Made by a program: the position numbers and the translations under genes
NCBI GenBank assembly: GCA_029261055.1
Contig: JAJDCA010000068.1
Coordinates: 133,275-197,274 of the forward strand
DNA: 64,000 nucleotides
Direction: 5' to 3'
Source: Candidatus Omnitrophota bacterium
GTDB lineage: Bacteria; Omnitrophota; Gorgyraeia; Zapsychrales; Zapsychraceae
Part shown: positions 38,006 through 46,961 of the stretch, piece after piece
Position numbering within the stretch: position 1 is the first letter of the stretch
How the letters are laid out: each line of letters opens with the position of its first letter
Notes under the pieces: generated by a model
What the model was told of the DNA's origin: nothing
The model's database searches: none
Seen by the model: the letters and a program-made list of their open reading frames with translations, nothing else

Positions 38006-38763
38006 TATTTTTCTCCTAATTCTTCGACAAGCTTAACAATATCACCGCTGTAAGTTTCGACAGCATCAGAAATTTCCTGAACCCTTCCTCTAAAATATGT
38101 GTAAAACAACATGACTGGAATCGCAACAATTAAACCAGCGGCGGTTGTGACCATAGCTTTAGAAACACCCCCAGCCAACAAAATAGGTTTAACTACCGCG
38201 GACTGAAAAGCAATCACATTAAACGCCTGAATCATGCCCAAAACCGTTCCTAAAAGACCGATCAATGGGGCTACAGCGGCGATGTCAGCCAAATAACTAA
38301 TATTTTGCCAAAGACGTGCCACTTCTTTTTGCGCACAATTTTCCATGGCCTCACGCGCGAAAACCTTACCTCTTCCCTTCTTTTCTATTCCAGCAATAAC
38401 AATTCGGCTAATCAAATTATGTTTACTGGAATAACACTGCCCCTTTACGCTACGCTCTTCGTTATCTTCTAATTTCTGAATAATTTCTTCCGTAAATTTT
38501 TGTGGAAGGATTTTACTCATTTTCAATGTCATAAAATTATAAACAATAAAAGATAAAGACACAAAAGAAAGAACCCCCAAAACAATCATGATGAAACCGC
38601 CGGTTTTAATTGTCTCCCACAGAGTCATCCCTTCTTTAGTCTGCTCTAAAGATTCAATGTACGGCTGCACATCTCCCGTCGCGCTAAAGACCTCTTGCCC
38701 TCCGACAAAAAATAGCAATCCCCCTAAAACTAAAACCATTAAATTTTTAAAACTCATCCTCAA
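38005..38763 (-). CDS. exbB: MotA/TolQ/ExbB family protein
   Basis: GG.IM..L, APLIGLLGTVLGMI.AF, GGVSKAMVTTAAGLIVAIP. Confidence 0.9.
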   Translation of the reverse strand: MRMSFKNLMVLVLGGLLFFVGGQEVFSATGDVQPYIESLEQTKEGMTLWETIKTGGFIMIVLGVLSFVSLSFIVYNFMTLKMSKILPQKFTEEIIQKLEDNEERSVKGQCYSSKHNLISRIVIAGIEKKGRGKVFAREAMENCAQKEVARLWQNISYLADIAAVAPLIGLLGTVLGMIQAFNVIAFQSAVVKPILLAGGVSKAMVTTAAGLIVAIPVMLFYTYFRGRVQEISDAVETYSGDIVKLVEELGEK

Positions 38764-38801
38764 GCTCCTTTCAAGTTCCGCTATTTTAAACGGAAAATTT
38801 T

Positions 38802-38867
38802 AGTCATCAGACTTCAGACACCAGTCGTCAGTATTTTGTTTTCACTGATGCCTGATGGCTGACGACT
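38802..38867. repeat. Heptamer-built inverted repeat (AGTCATC family)
   Basis: AGTCATC-AGACTTC-AGACACC-AGTCGTC-AGT ... ACT-GATGCCT-GATGGCT-GACGACT. Confidence 0.7.
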
Positions 38868-38875
38868 TAAAGTTC

Positions 38876-41800
38876 CTAATAAATATTCAACCTAATTTCT
38901 TCTTTCACAGATGGTGTAGGGCCATTAATCTTATGAACATGCGTGGCTCTTTCCAAAAATATTACCGATTGTTTCTCATGCCCCAGCGCCTTCAGACTTA
39001 ATCCCAAATGATAATACGCTTCCGCATGATGTGAATTCTTATTAAGACATTCTTGAAAATAAAAAACAGCTTTCTTAAATTGTTTAAGCTTGAATGCCGT
39101 AATACCTAAATAATAATAGAAAAAATCTTCTTCACTAAACCCTGACGATGTAGCATACTCCGCAATACGCACGACTTCCGCATAATTTTTAAGTTGAAGT
39201 TGGCTTAAAATAAGCATCTTGTAACAGTCTCGATAACCTTCTTTTAGTTGATTTTTTAATTGTTCCCTATCCGTTATTCTTTGCGCCGATAAAATAGGCC
39301 GATACACCTTAGACTCCTGAACAAACTGCGAAGTTTTTCCTACATCGCTCGTCACAGCTTTACCAAGAGAAACGGCAGCTTCTTGATATTGATCATTTTT
39401 AAAATACACAACGCCTAAATTGTACCAGAACCAAAAGAAATCAGGATTTAAATAAATAGCCTTATTGTAATAATCTATCGCTTTATCATAATTCCCTAAA
39501 TGGTAATGACAAAAACCGAGAAGGCCGTAAGCTGCAGACCGTGAAGGCATGTATTGATTAATTTTTTCATAATATTTAACCTGCTTTTTTAACTCTTCCT
39601 TATCAAAGTTTTTTTGATTCTTAAAAACATAAGCTAAGTAATCAGGATTAACATAGAATTCATTTAATTCTTTTACTTTATTCTGCGCCTTTACCTTTTT
39701 TTTGTCAAATACAGCATACGCTATCAAAAACATCACCACATACAATATCACCACACGCTTGCCAATACAGGCAACCGCACGAATAACCTTATTATTTCTC
39801 CATTTCGATGATCCTATTTTTCCCGCCACACCCTCTGATTCCAATAAAACGTCTTCACTCTCTTCTTCCACTAAAGCTGCAGACTTTTTCCGCATAACAT
39901 AACTCTTCCCCGCAAGAAAAAATAGAGCTAAACAAACGCCAAGAGACACAAAGATATTAACATAATTCAAAGTATGCCGCCAAATCGATCCAAAACGCAA
40001 ATGCACGACATTTTTACCAGCGGGAACCCATACCCCTTTAAACGCAATATTGGCCCGCCAGATAGAAGTTTTTTCCCCGTTAACAAAAGCATTCCACCCT
40101 CTATGGTAAACATCATTGTAAACAAGAAATTTTCGCGTATCAAAATCAGTTTCAAATTTAATAAAATTTACACCGTAACTCACAAGAGCTTCGTCTGACA
40201 AAAACTGTGGATGGGGATCAACAGGGGCCACATCTTTATTCAGATAGTGTTCCTGATGGTCGTCAAAAACAAAAGCTACATTTTCATATTGTTCAAAAGC
40301 CCGTTCAATCCGTTTATGGTCTAATTGCTTCTCATTGACAACTTCGACACGATCATAAACCCGTAACTTTGCTCTTTTAAGCGCCTCGATAGATTTAGAA
40401 TTAAAATCTCTGTGTAACGAATCCCACCATCTCATCCCAAAATAAATAGGAAAAGTTTTTTTAATCTTAGGCTCTAAAGGGTCGATCTTAAGATTTTTTA
40501 TTTTTTCCTCTACGGAGAATAGATACTCTTTACTTTCAAAAGGATTTTCTAAATATGGCATTAAATAAGGACCATATCGAAAATTTTGTCGGTCAATTTT
40601 AGTCGCATTGTCCTGGTAGTAATGAAAAACTTGCAAAGGTTGCATCACAATAAGAATAAATAAAGGAAAAATAAAGAAAAATACGCCTTTTTTACCACTC
40701 CAGACGTAATACATAAAATACAAACAACTTAAAAAAAGTACGCCATATGTCGTGACAATAGCATTTTTCTGAGCGTAAACCATAAAGGCAACTAAGACGT
40801 GCAGAAAAATAAGCACAGCTAAACAACCATATTTGGCCTTTTTAGTCTGAGGACGATAGTGGATAAGTAAACGAAATTGTTCGACCAAAAATAATATGGT
40901 CACAGGCAACATCAATAACCACAAAAAATTGGTTAAATTACGAAAATATCTAAAAAAGAAAACATGTTTATGTAAAAAAGCAAAAAAAGGTGCTTCAGTA
41001 GAACTTATTAAAAAAGTTCCAAACCCTAAAAGAGCAAAGAAAATAAGCCTTCGATTTACAGAAAGACCCAGACCAAATACAAAAATCAGCAAAGCAAATA
41101 ACGGGACATACAACATTTCAAGGTTTGCTTTATGTAAATCAGGAAAAATTTTCTCAAATTGAAGCTTCGTAATAATCCCCGGTTCTGTGACCCTACGCGT
41201 TGACACCTCCAAAACATTCATATCCAACAGCCCAACCTTGCCAATAAAATCAGCCGCCTGTCGACCCGCGAGGACAAAATCGCCCTTTCCTCCATCCAAA
41301 TAAAAAAGAACCCCTGGAAGAAGAGACAAAATAAAAGCCACCAAACAACAACAAACAAAAATTTTATTACTCTTCAAAAACTGAAAACACCGCAGAATAA
41401 ATTCCTTTAAATACCGAAAATACACAAGCGCAAAAACAATCAAAAACGACAAAAAAATCGTCAAAAAGTAAAAAGGAATGTATGTCGAGATGATGAGCAT
41501 TGAACAAAACGTCAACCCGAGAAAATTCTGTTTCTCCTGTTTTTCAAAAAATGCCATCAGAAAATAAAAAAACCACACAAAGGGAACGAACAAAAGAATA
41601 ATGTAGTTAAAAAAAAGTAAGGTTCCTAAACTAGAAAATAATAAAAGTAAAAAAGCTGTTATGGCTGCATAGGTATCACGAAAAATACGCCTTGCTAAAA
41701 GGTAAAAACCTATCATTCCGATAAAAAAATAAATCGCTAAAAACCAAAGGTATCCATAAGTGTACGGGATATCAGCGCTATTGTTCGCTGCCCTATCCAC

Positions 41801-42103
41801 AAAACAGTCAAAGAATGCCTCTAAAGGAATGATTAAAAAAAAGAAAGGATTCGGGGCTCCGATCCTACGCATAAAAAATTCGGCAGGGACGCCTCCTTGC
41901 CGAGTAGATTCCCACATAGGATAAATACCTCGACGGATATTTTCTATGTAAAAATCAATATGTTCGTAATAAGAAATGGCATCTGCAACAAGAGGAGATT
42001 TATTGAAGAAATAATTGCGGAACGAAAATGCCCACAAAACAAAAGAAAAAACGATCAAAACCCAAATGGCTTTGGAATGATTGGAATGGAAAGACAACTT
42101 CAT
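38876..42103 (-). CDS. YfhO-like polytopic membrane protein (GT-C-like) fused to C-terminal TPR module
   Basis: ADAISYY, GIYPMW....GGVP, many TM segments, YfhO C-domain (FLVYND.YH.GWNAFVNG....I.RAN.AFKGV.VPAG...V.LRF), then TM and TPRs. Confidence 0.75.
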   Translation of the reverse strand: MKLSFHSNHSKAIWVLIVFSFVLWAFSFRNYFFNKSPLVADAISYYEHIDFYIENIRRGIYPMWESTRQGGVPAEFFMRRIGAPNPFFFLIIPLEAFFDCFVDRAANNSADIPYTYGYLWFLAIYFFIGMIGFYLLARRIFRDTYAAITAFLLLLFSSLGTLLFFNYIILLFVPFVWFFYFLMAFFEKQEKQNFLGLTFCSMLIISTYIPFYFLTIFLSFLIVFALVYFRYLKEFILRCFQFLKSNKIFVCCCLVAFILSLLPGVLFYLDGGKGDFVLAGRQAADFIGKVGLLDMNVLEVSTRRVTEPGIITKLQFEKIFPDLHKANLEMLYVPLFALLIFVFGLGLSVNRRLIFFALLGFGTFLISSTEAPFFAFLHKHVFFFRYFRNLTNFLWLLMLPVTILFLVEQFRLLIHYRPQTKKAKYGCLAVLIFLHVLVAFMVYAQKNAIVTTYGVLFLSCLYFMYYVWSGKKGVFFFIFPLFILIVMQPLQVFHYYQDNATKIDRQNFRYGPYLMPYLENPFESKEYLFSVEEKIKNLKIDPLEPKIKKTFPIYFGMRWWDSLHRDFNSKSIEALKRAKLRVYDRVEVVNEKQLDHKRIERAFEQYENVAFVFDDHQEHYLNKDVAPVDPHPQFLSDEALVSYGVNFIKFETDFDTRKFLVYNDVYHRGWNAFVNGEKTSIWRANIAFKGVWVPAGKNVVHLRFGSIWRHTLNYVNIFVSLGVCLALFFLAGKSYVMRKKSAALVEEESEDVLLESEGVAGKIGSSKWRNNKVIRAVACIGKRVVILYVVMFLIAYAVFDKKKVKAQNKVKELNEFYVNPDYLAYVFKNQKNFDKEELKKQVKYYEKINQYMPSRSAAYGLLGFCHYHLGNYDKAIDYYNKAIYLNPDFFWFWYNLGVVYFKNDQYQEAAVSLGKAVTSDVGKTSQFVQESKVYRPILSAQRITDREQLKNQLKEGYRDCYKMLILSQLQLKNYAEVVRIAEYATSSGFSEEDFFYYYLGITAFKLKQFKKAVFYFQECLNKNSHHAEAYYHLGLSLKALGHEKQSVIFLERATHVHKINGPTPSVKEEIRLNIY

Positions 42104-43842
42104 CGAATGGTAAATACCGGTACTGGTGTTGTGTTCACCTCAGCCACAAAACTTGATGAAGACTGGCTACAAGAGGTGCCTGAATTATCATCTACGGTTA
42201 ATGTAATATTGTACGTCCCACTTTTCACATACGTATGCCCAACGGCAACACCGTTGGTTTTGGCACCATCGCCAAAATCCCAAGAATATGTCAAGTGGTC
42301 TCCATCGGGGTCACTTGATGCAGAAGCGTTAAACCGGGTCGCAACTCCGACACAACAGGCTAGATTTGGACCGATGTCTGCCACAGGGGGTGTATTAACT
42401 TTAATCGTAGCCGCAGCAGTAGCCGTAGAACAAGCTGAACCTCTTCCATCATCCACAATCACGCTAACCCGGTAATTACCGCCCTGCTTGTAATCATGGG
42501 CCACTTTCGCACCCCCATGTAAAATGGTGCCGTCGCCAAAGCTCCAATAATACTCTAAAGCATCGCCATCCGGATCAGAGGCTGAGGTTGCATCAAAGAA
42601 AACCTGATTCCCCAAACACACCGACTCAACTGTTTTAATGGAAACCGAAGGGGCTGCATTTACCGTTACCGTCCGGGTATCTCTTGATGGCGGACACATG
42701 GTATTCAATTCATTAGCTATTGAAACGCTGGCCTGATATTGACCGGGTTTCTTGTATCGGTAGCTCACTTTTAATCCTTCTGCTGACTTTCCATCTCCAA
42801 AAAACCACTTCGCTGACAGGGTTCCTTTTTTGTAAGCATACGAGCTCGTCCCATCAAAAAGAACATCTTCACCGCTACAAACCGTCACATCATCACCGGC
42901 ATGGGCTTCCGGAGCTTTATTTAATTTAACAGTCACAAAATCTACGCCTGTGCCACATTCCAAATTTGTATTATCTTTTACAATAAGCTTTGCATCGTAA
43001 TTGCCTAACTGAGAATATTTATGTGTTACCTTAACCCCTGTGTCTTTATGCCCATCTCCAAAATCCCACAAATAAATTAATGTGTCATTATTCGCATCAC
43101 GCGTCCCGGAAGCATCAAAGGATACCGTCATATCTTTTTCAGCACTAACACATTTAAAAACTTGTTCTTCACCCGCTTCGGCAACCGGAGGCTCATTCAC
43201 ATTAATAACCTTCTCTACCGTGTGACGGCTGCAGTCGGTATTTGCTTTATCATCTACAGTTAAAGTCACCTTGTATTTACCGCCCCGCACAAAAGATTTT
43301 GTTACACGTTTTTTTCCTTTTAATAGAGTGCCATCTCCTAAATCCCATTCATAAGCTAATTTTCTACGCCCATCATCGTAACTATCCCCGGCATCTAAAA
43401 CAATAGATTGATTAACACAAGCAAATTCATCCGCAGAAAAAGCCGCAAAAGGAGGAATATTCGCCCTTACTGTTTGAGTACTTTTAGCTACACTACATTC
43501 CAACCCGGAGTTATCTGCAATACTTAACACCACTTTGTAATCTCCTGATTTTTCGTAGACATGTGTAGCAACGGGTTGTGTACTTGTGTTGCCGTCTCCA
43601 AAATTCCAGAAAAAAGAAATCTCCTCTTTATCCGGGTCATACGAACTGCTGGCATCAAACGTAAATTCATTACATTTTAAAGAAGTGATGGGTTGACTGG
43701 AGACCCCTTGATTCCGCTTGCTTACTTGCGCAAAGGCTGCAGTGTGAAGAGTTAAAAATGTACTGCTTAAAAATAAAATTACTAAAAAATTATTAAATAA
43801 ATTTAAATTGCGTTTCATAAAAACCTCTCTGCTATTTTTCAT
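42100..43842 (-). CDS. Secreted protein of six tandem PKD (Ig-like) domains
   Basis: Signal peptide ending AFA; six FDASxSxDxD...W.FGDG....G....H.Y...G.Y.V.L.V.D repeats. Confidence 0.92.
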   Translation of the reverse strand: MKNSREVFMKRNLNLFNNFLVILFLSSTFLTLHTAAFAQVSKRNQGVSSQPITSLKCNEFTFDASSSYDPDKEEISFFWNFGDGNTSTQPVATHVYEKSGDYKVVLSIADNSGLECSVAKSTQTVRANIPPFAAFSADEFACVNQSIVLDAGDSYDDGRRKLAYEWDLGDGTLLKGKKRVTKSFVRGGKYKVTLTVDDKANTDCSRHTVEKVINVNEPPVAEAGEEQVFKCVSAEKDMTVSFDASGTRDANNDTLIYLWDFGDGHKDTGVKVTHKYSQLGNYDAKLIVKDNTNLECGTGVDFVTVKLNKAPEAHAGDDVTVCSGEDVLFDGTSSYAYKKGTLSAKWFFGDGKSAEGLKVSYRYKKPGQYQASVSIANELNTMCPPSRDTRTVTVNAAPSVSIKTVESVCLGNQVFFDATSASDPDGDALEYYWSFGDGTILHGGAKVAHDYKQGGNYRVSVIVDDGRGSACSTATAAATIKVNTPPVADIGPNLACCVGVATRFNASASSDPDGDHLTYSWDFGDGAKTNGVAVGHTYVKSGTYNITLTVDDNSGTSCSQSSSSFVAEVNTTPVPVFTIR

Positions 43843-43900
43843 AAAATCCCTTCATAATCTTGCCCCAGTATACCATAAAATTTTTAAAGTCTACTTAAAA

Positions 43901-45184
43901 TTATTTTAAAATTCCTTCAACATTATCGTCTAAAATTTTTTGAAATTCAACGGGGCACACTTTATTTGTTAGGTCTTGTGCGGCAAGGACATTGACGCGT
44001 ACATAATTATCCGTCAACCCTGTCCAGGCGCCTTTTTTCTGCTGTTCAAAGAGTACATTTTGTGTTGTGCCGCATAAAGAGGAATAAAAAAGATGACGTT
44101 TGCGCTGACTTAATGTACGTAAAATTTTACTGCGCTGACTAATTAGAGAAGAAGGAACTTCTCCTGCCAGCTTTCTTCCCTTAGCCATATTCCGCTTTGA
44201 ATAGCTGAAAACGTGAAAATACTGCATCGGTAAATCTTTGATCTGCCTAACGGCCCCCTCAAAAAGAGACTCTGTTTCCCCTGGAAAACCGACAATAATG
44301 TCCGTACCTAAACAAATTTGGGGAATAGCCGCATGAGCGGCCGTAATCCAATCCTTAAATTGGTCAAATGTGTAATTGCGTTTCATGGACTTTAGAATAA
44401 CATCCTGACTACTCTGTAAAGGAATATGCAAATGCCGACACAACTTGGTTCTCCCGGCCATTTTGGCAATCAATTTCTCAGGAATCGTTGTGGGTTCAAT
44501 TGATGAAATACGGATCCTTTCGACACCTGAAATCTGCTCTAAAGATTCAATGACATCCATCAAAGTAAACCCCTTGTAGCCGTACGTGCCCACATTAATA
44601 CCTGTAATGACCAATTCTTTGTGCCCGGCTGCTGCTAAGATCGTCGCTTCTTTAGAAATATCCTCAAACACGCGACTTCGTGCTCGACCACGCGCATAGG
44701 GAATCTCACAAAATGAACAAAAAAAGTCGCACCCATCCTGAATTTTAATATTAACCCGCGTATGTTTACGATCAATACCTGCCATTGGAATCGTAAAACT
44801 GTCTTTCCCTATTGGAGGCGTAATGACTTCCGGCGGAGCGTCTAAGTCTGCATCTTTGAGAATATGGACAATGTCCATTTTGCGGGCATTGCCCACCACC
44901 CAACGGACATTCGGTAACTTGGTCAATTGTTCGCGTTGAACCTGAGCCTGACATCCCACAAGCGCAATACGGGCTTTGGGATTAATACGGTTCACTTTGT
45001 TCACAAGACGTCGCGTGTCGGCGTCGCCATTTTCCGTGACTGTGCAGGTATTAATCACCACCACATCGGCTGGCTCCTGAAAATCTACAATACGATATCC
45101 CACCGACTCAAACGTCCGCTCAATCACCGCCGTCTCACTCTGATTCAAACGACAGCCTAATGTGTAAAAAGATATTTTATTCAT
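43901..45184 (-). CDS. mtaB: tRNA t6A37 methylthiotransferase
   Basis: TLGCRLNQSE, INTCTVT, GC, KIQDGCDFFCSFCEIPYARG..RSR, RISSIEP, DIIVGFPGET, HVFSYS. Confidence 0.93.
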   Translation of the reverse strand: MNKISFYTLGCRLNQSETAVIERTFESVGYRIVDFQEPADVVVINTCTVTENGDADTRRLVNKVNRINPKARIALVGCQAQVQREQLTKLPNVRWVVGNARKMDIVHILKDADLDAPPEVITPPIGKDSFTIPMAGIDRKHTRVNIKIQDGCDFFCSFCEIPYARGRARSRVFEDISKEATILAAAGHKELVITGINVGTYGYKGFTLMDVIESLEQISGVERIRISSIEPTTIPEKLIAKMAGRTKLCRHLHIPLQSSQDVILKSMKRNYTFDQFKDWITAAHAAIPQICLGTDIIVGFPGETESLFEGAVRQIKDLPMQYFHVFSYSKRNMAKGRKLAGEVPSSLISQRSKILRTLSQRKRHLFYSSLCGTTQNVLFEQQKKGAWTGLTDNYVRVNVLAAQDLTNKVCPVEFQKILDDNVEGILK

Positions 45185-45192
45185 AAATTAAT

Positions 45193-45261
45193 GGGCATGA
45201 TGACTCCTGCCCCTACGAACGACTCGCCCCACCCTGCGTACGGGCATGATTCATCATGCCC
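45193..45261. repeat. GTAG-type REP doublet
   Basis: GTAGGGGCAGGAGTCATCATGCCC (minus, 45193-45216) and GTACGGGCATGATTCATCATGCCC (plus, 45238-45261). Confidence 0.85.
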
Positions 45262-45262
45262 A

Positions 45263-46549
45263 TTATTGATTAATTATTCCTCTAATCCACTCAATCCCCT
45301 TTGTAATCCCCGCACACGTCGCCTTCACACAAGAATCAAATGGCGCATAGGACGTCTTACCTTTAGTGTGGTACTCTTCTATTAAGTGGATATTTTCTTC
45401 CATTGAAGGGTTTTCTAATCTTTCCTCAATGGCAGCTTCTTTCCCTAAATATTCTTCCCCATAAAATTTTATTTCTTCCCGCACGTACGTCCCATCTTTC
45501 TGTTTTACAGAACACAAGATTTTCACGGCCCGTTGAATCGGAAAGGCCAACGTCCCCTCTAACCCATTGCGAATAATGATGATACCAGGGAAACCTGCTC
45601 GTTCGGCAATAGTCAACATTTTTTCACCATATGGAGGATGAAAGGCCGAGGCAATAACAATTTGGGCATTCACAGGATTCACAAACCGTTCCAATGTAGA
45701 CATAAACGGACGTTTGACAGTTTGCCGCCGTAGATCCACCCACCGGTCCATGGCCTGGGACATGTCCAATTGATGAAGATACCAACCAAAGGATGGTTTA
45801 GCTTTTGCCAACCCCTTCCTACTCTTTAATCTCAATGTCGCATCCAGATCCTGTTGCGCATCTACAAAACCCGACAAATTATTTCCAAACTTTGGCCCGC
45901 TATTGCGCCCCATCAAATTCACCACGCGGTAACCCAAACCTTGCACATGACGTGCCAATAGCGGCGTGACAAAATACGAACGTTTCACACCATCAAAAGG
46001 TTCTGCAATCTGAACAATCGGTTCGCCGTCTGGAATTTCTTCCTGAAAAGGTAATTCAATCGTTGTCTGCAAACTCGCTAAAAGCCCTTCAAATTCATCC
46101 GGCGTTTCGTAACGGACACGCAAAACACTTGCCGCCAATCCTCTCAATCCATCACCAGGCAATGCGGAAAAAAGAAAATCCCCCAATTGTTGAGATGTAT
46201 CCTTGTCTAAAGTTTCTTTTTTTAAAATACGCGCACACAAAGCTTGGATATTAGCCGGGGCATCCGATGCAAGAGCTTTGACAAAAATAGAGTAATCTTC
46301 AAACGCTCCCGCAGGAAAAGCATCAGCCAAAAATTTTTCCTCTTCGGTAACACCCTTAATAAATAAAGCCCCAAAAAAAGCTCCCTTAGCTGCGGCCAGC
46401 ACATGCCCCTCTCTAAACTCACCCAAAATACGCTGAACAAGTTCCGCCGAAAGCGATTTACTCCCGCGCTTGCCCACACCAATTGTCTTTATCCCTTCGA
46501 CGACGGCTGATTGTAAATTTTCTTGAAACATGGGGCCTATTTTACGCAT
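45263..46549 (-). CDS. Anthranilate phosphoribosyltransferase-like (TrpD2/YbiB-type, glycosyltransferase family 3 fold) protein
   Basis: IKTIGVGKRGS..L, GAF, LR.RYE, EPFDG..RS, GPKFG, R....KRP...TLE, FHPPY, GLEG. Confidence 0.65.
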   Translation of the reverse strand: MRKIGPMFQENLQSAVVEGIKTIGVGKRGSKSLSAELVQRILGEFREGHVLAAAKGAFFGALFIKGVTEEEKFLADAFPAGAFEDYSIFVKALASDAPANIQALCARILKKETLDKDTSQQLGDFLFSALPGDGLRGLAASVLRVRYETPDEFEGLLASLQTTIELPFQEEIPDGEPIVQIAEPFDGVKRSYFVTPLLARHVQGLGYRVVNLMGRNSGPKFGNNLSGFVDAQQDLDATLRLKSRKGLAKAKPSFGWYLHQLDMSQAMDRWVDLRRQTVKRPFMSTLERFVNPVNAQIVIASAFHPPYGEKMLTIAERAGFPGIIIIRNGLEGTLAFPIQRAVKILCSVKQKDGTYVREEIKFYGEEYLGKEAAIEERLENPSMEENIHLIEEYHTKGKTSYAPFDSCVKATCAGITKGIEWIRGIINQ

Positions 46550-46589
46550 ATTAATGGATAAAGCAAATAATTTAATAAAGACCTTTAAA

Positions 46590-46651
46590 GGGCATGATGA
46601 ATCATGCCCCTACAAGCGACATTCCCCGTACGGTCATGATTCATCATGCCC
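46590..46651. repeat. GTAG-type REP doublet (second copy)
   Basis: GTAGGGGCATGATTCATCATGCCC (minus, 46590-46613) and GTACGGTCATGATTCATCATGCCC (plus, 46628-46651). Confidence 0.85.
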
Positions 46652-46670
46652 TAATATTGACACCTACCCA

Positions 46671-46837
46671 TGAAATTGCCCCGTGGGGCAAAAACACAAC
46701 TTAGACAAACATCTACATCTAAGAAATACAGATGCGCGTACGAACTTTCTAAAAAACTAAAGCTCCGTCGCTATTACTGTAAGTTATTACTACGAATACA
46801 TTCCTTAGTTGTGAAATTGCCCCGCGGGGCAACTTCA
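46671..46837. repeat. Pair of direct-repeated palindromes TGAAATTGCCCCGYGGGGCAA
   Basis: Copies start at 46671 and 46812; the second extends to TGAAATTGCCCC-GC-GGGGCAACTTCA. Confidence 0.7.
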
Positions 46838-46961
46838 TATCTACATAAAATAAATAAATATTTGTAAATATTTAGCAGATAGCGTGAAAAATGGCTTAGA
46901 CAATCCTCCGAGAATTTGTTTACGGTTGCAATTCTCTACACATTCCATTAGAATTGCCCCC

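Noticed and set aside
45193-46837. CRISPR array
   Set aside because: Repeats occur as inverted doublets or single pairs, without regular 30-40-nt spacers, and there are no cas genes
46670-46867. 65-aa ORF with repeated KLPRGA
   Set aside because: The repeat is simply the translation of the DNA palindrome pair; no RBS or protein features
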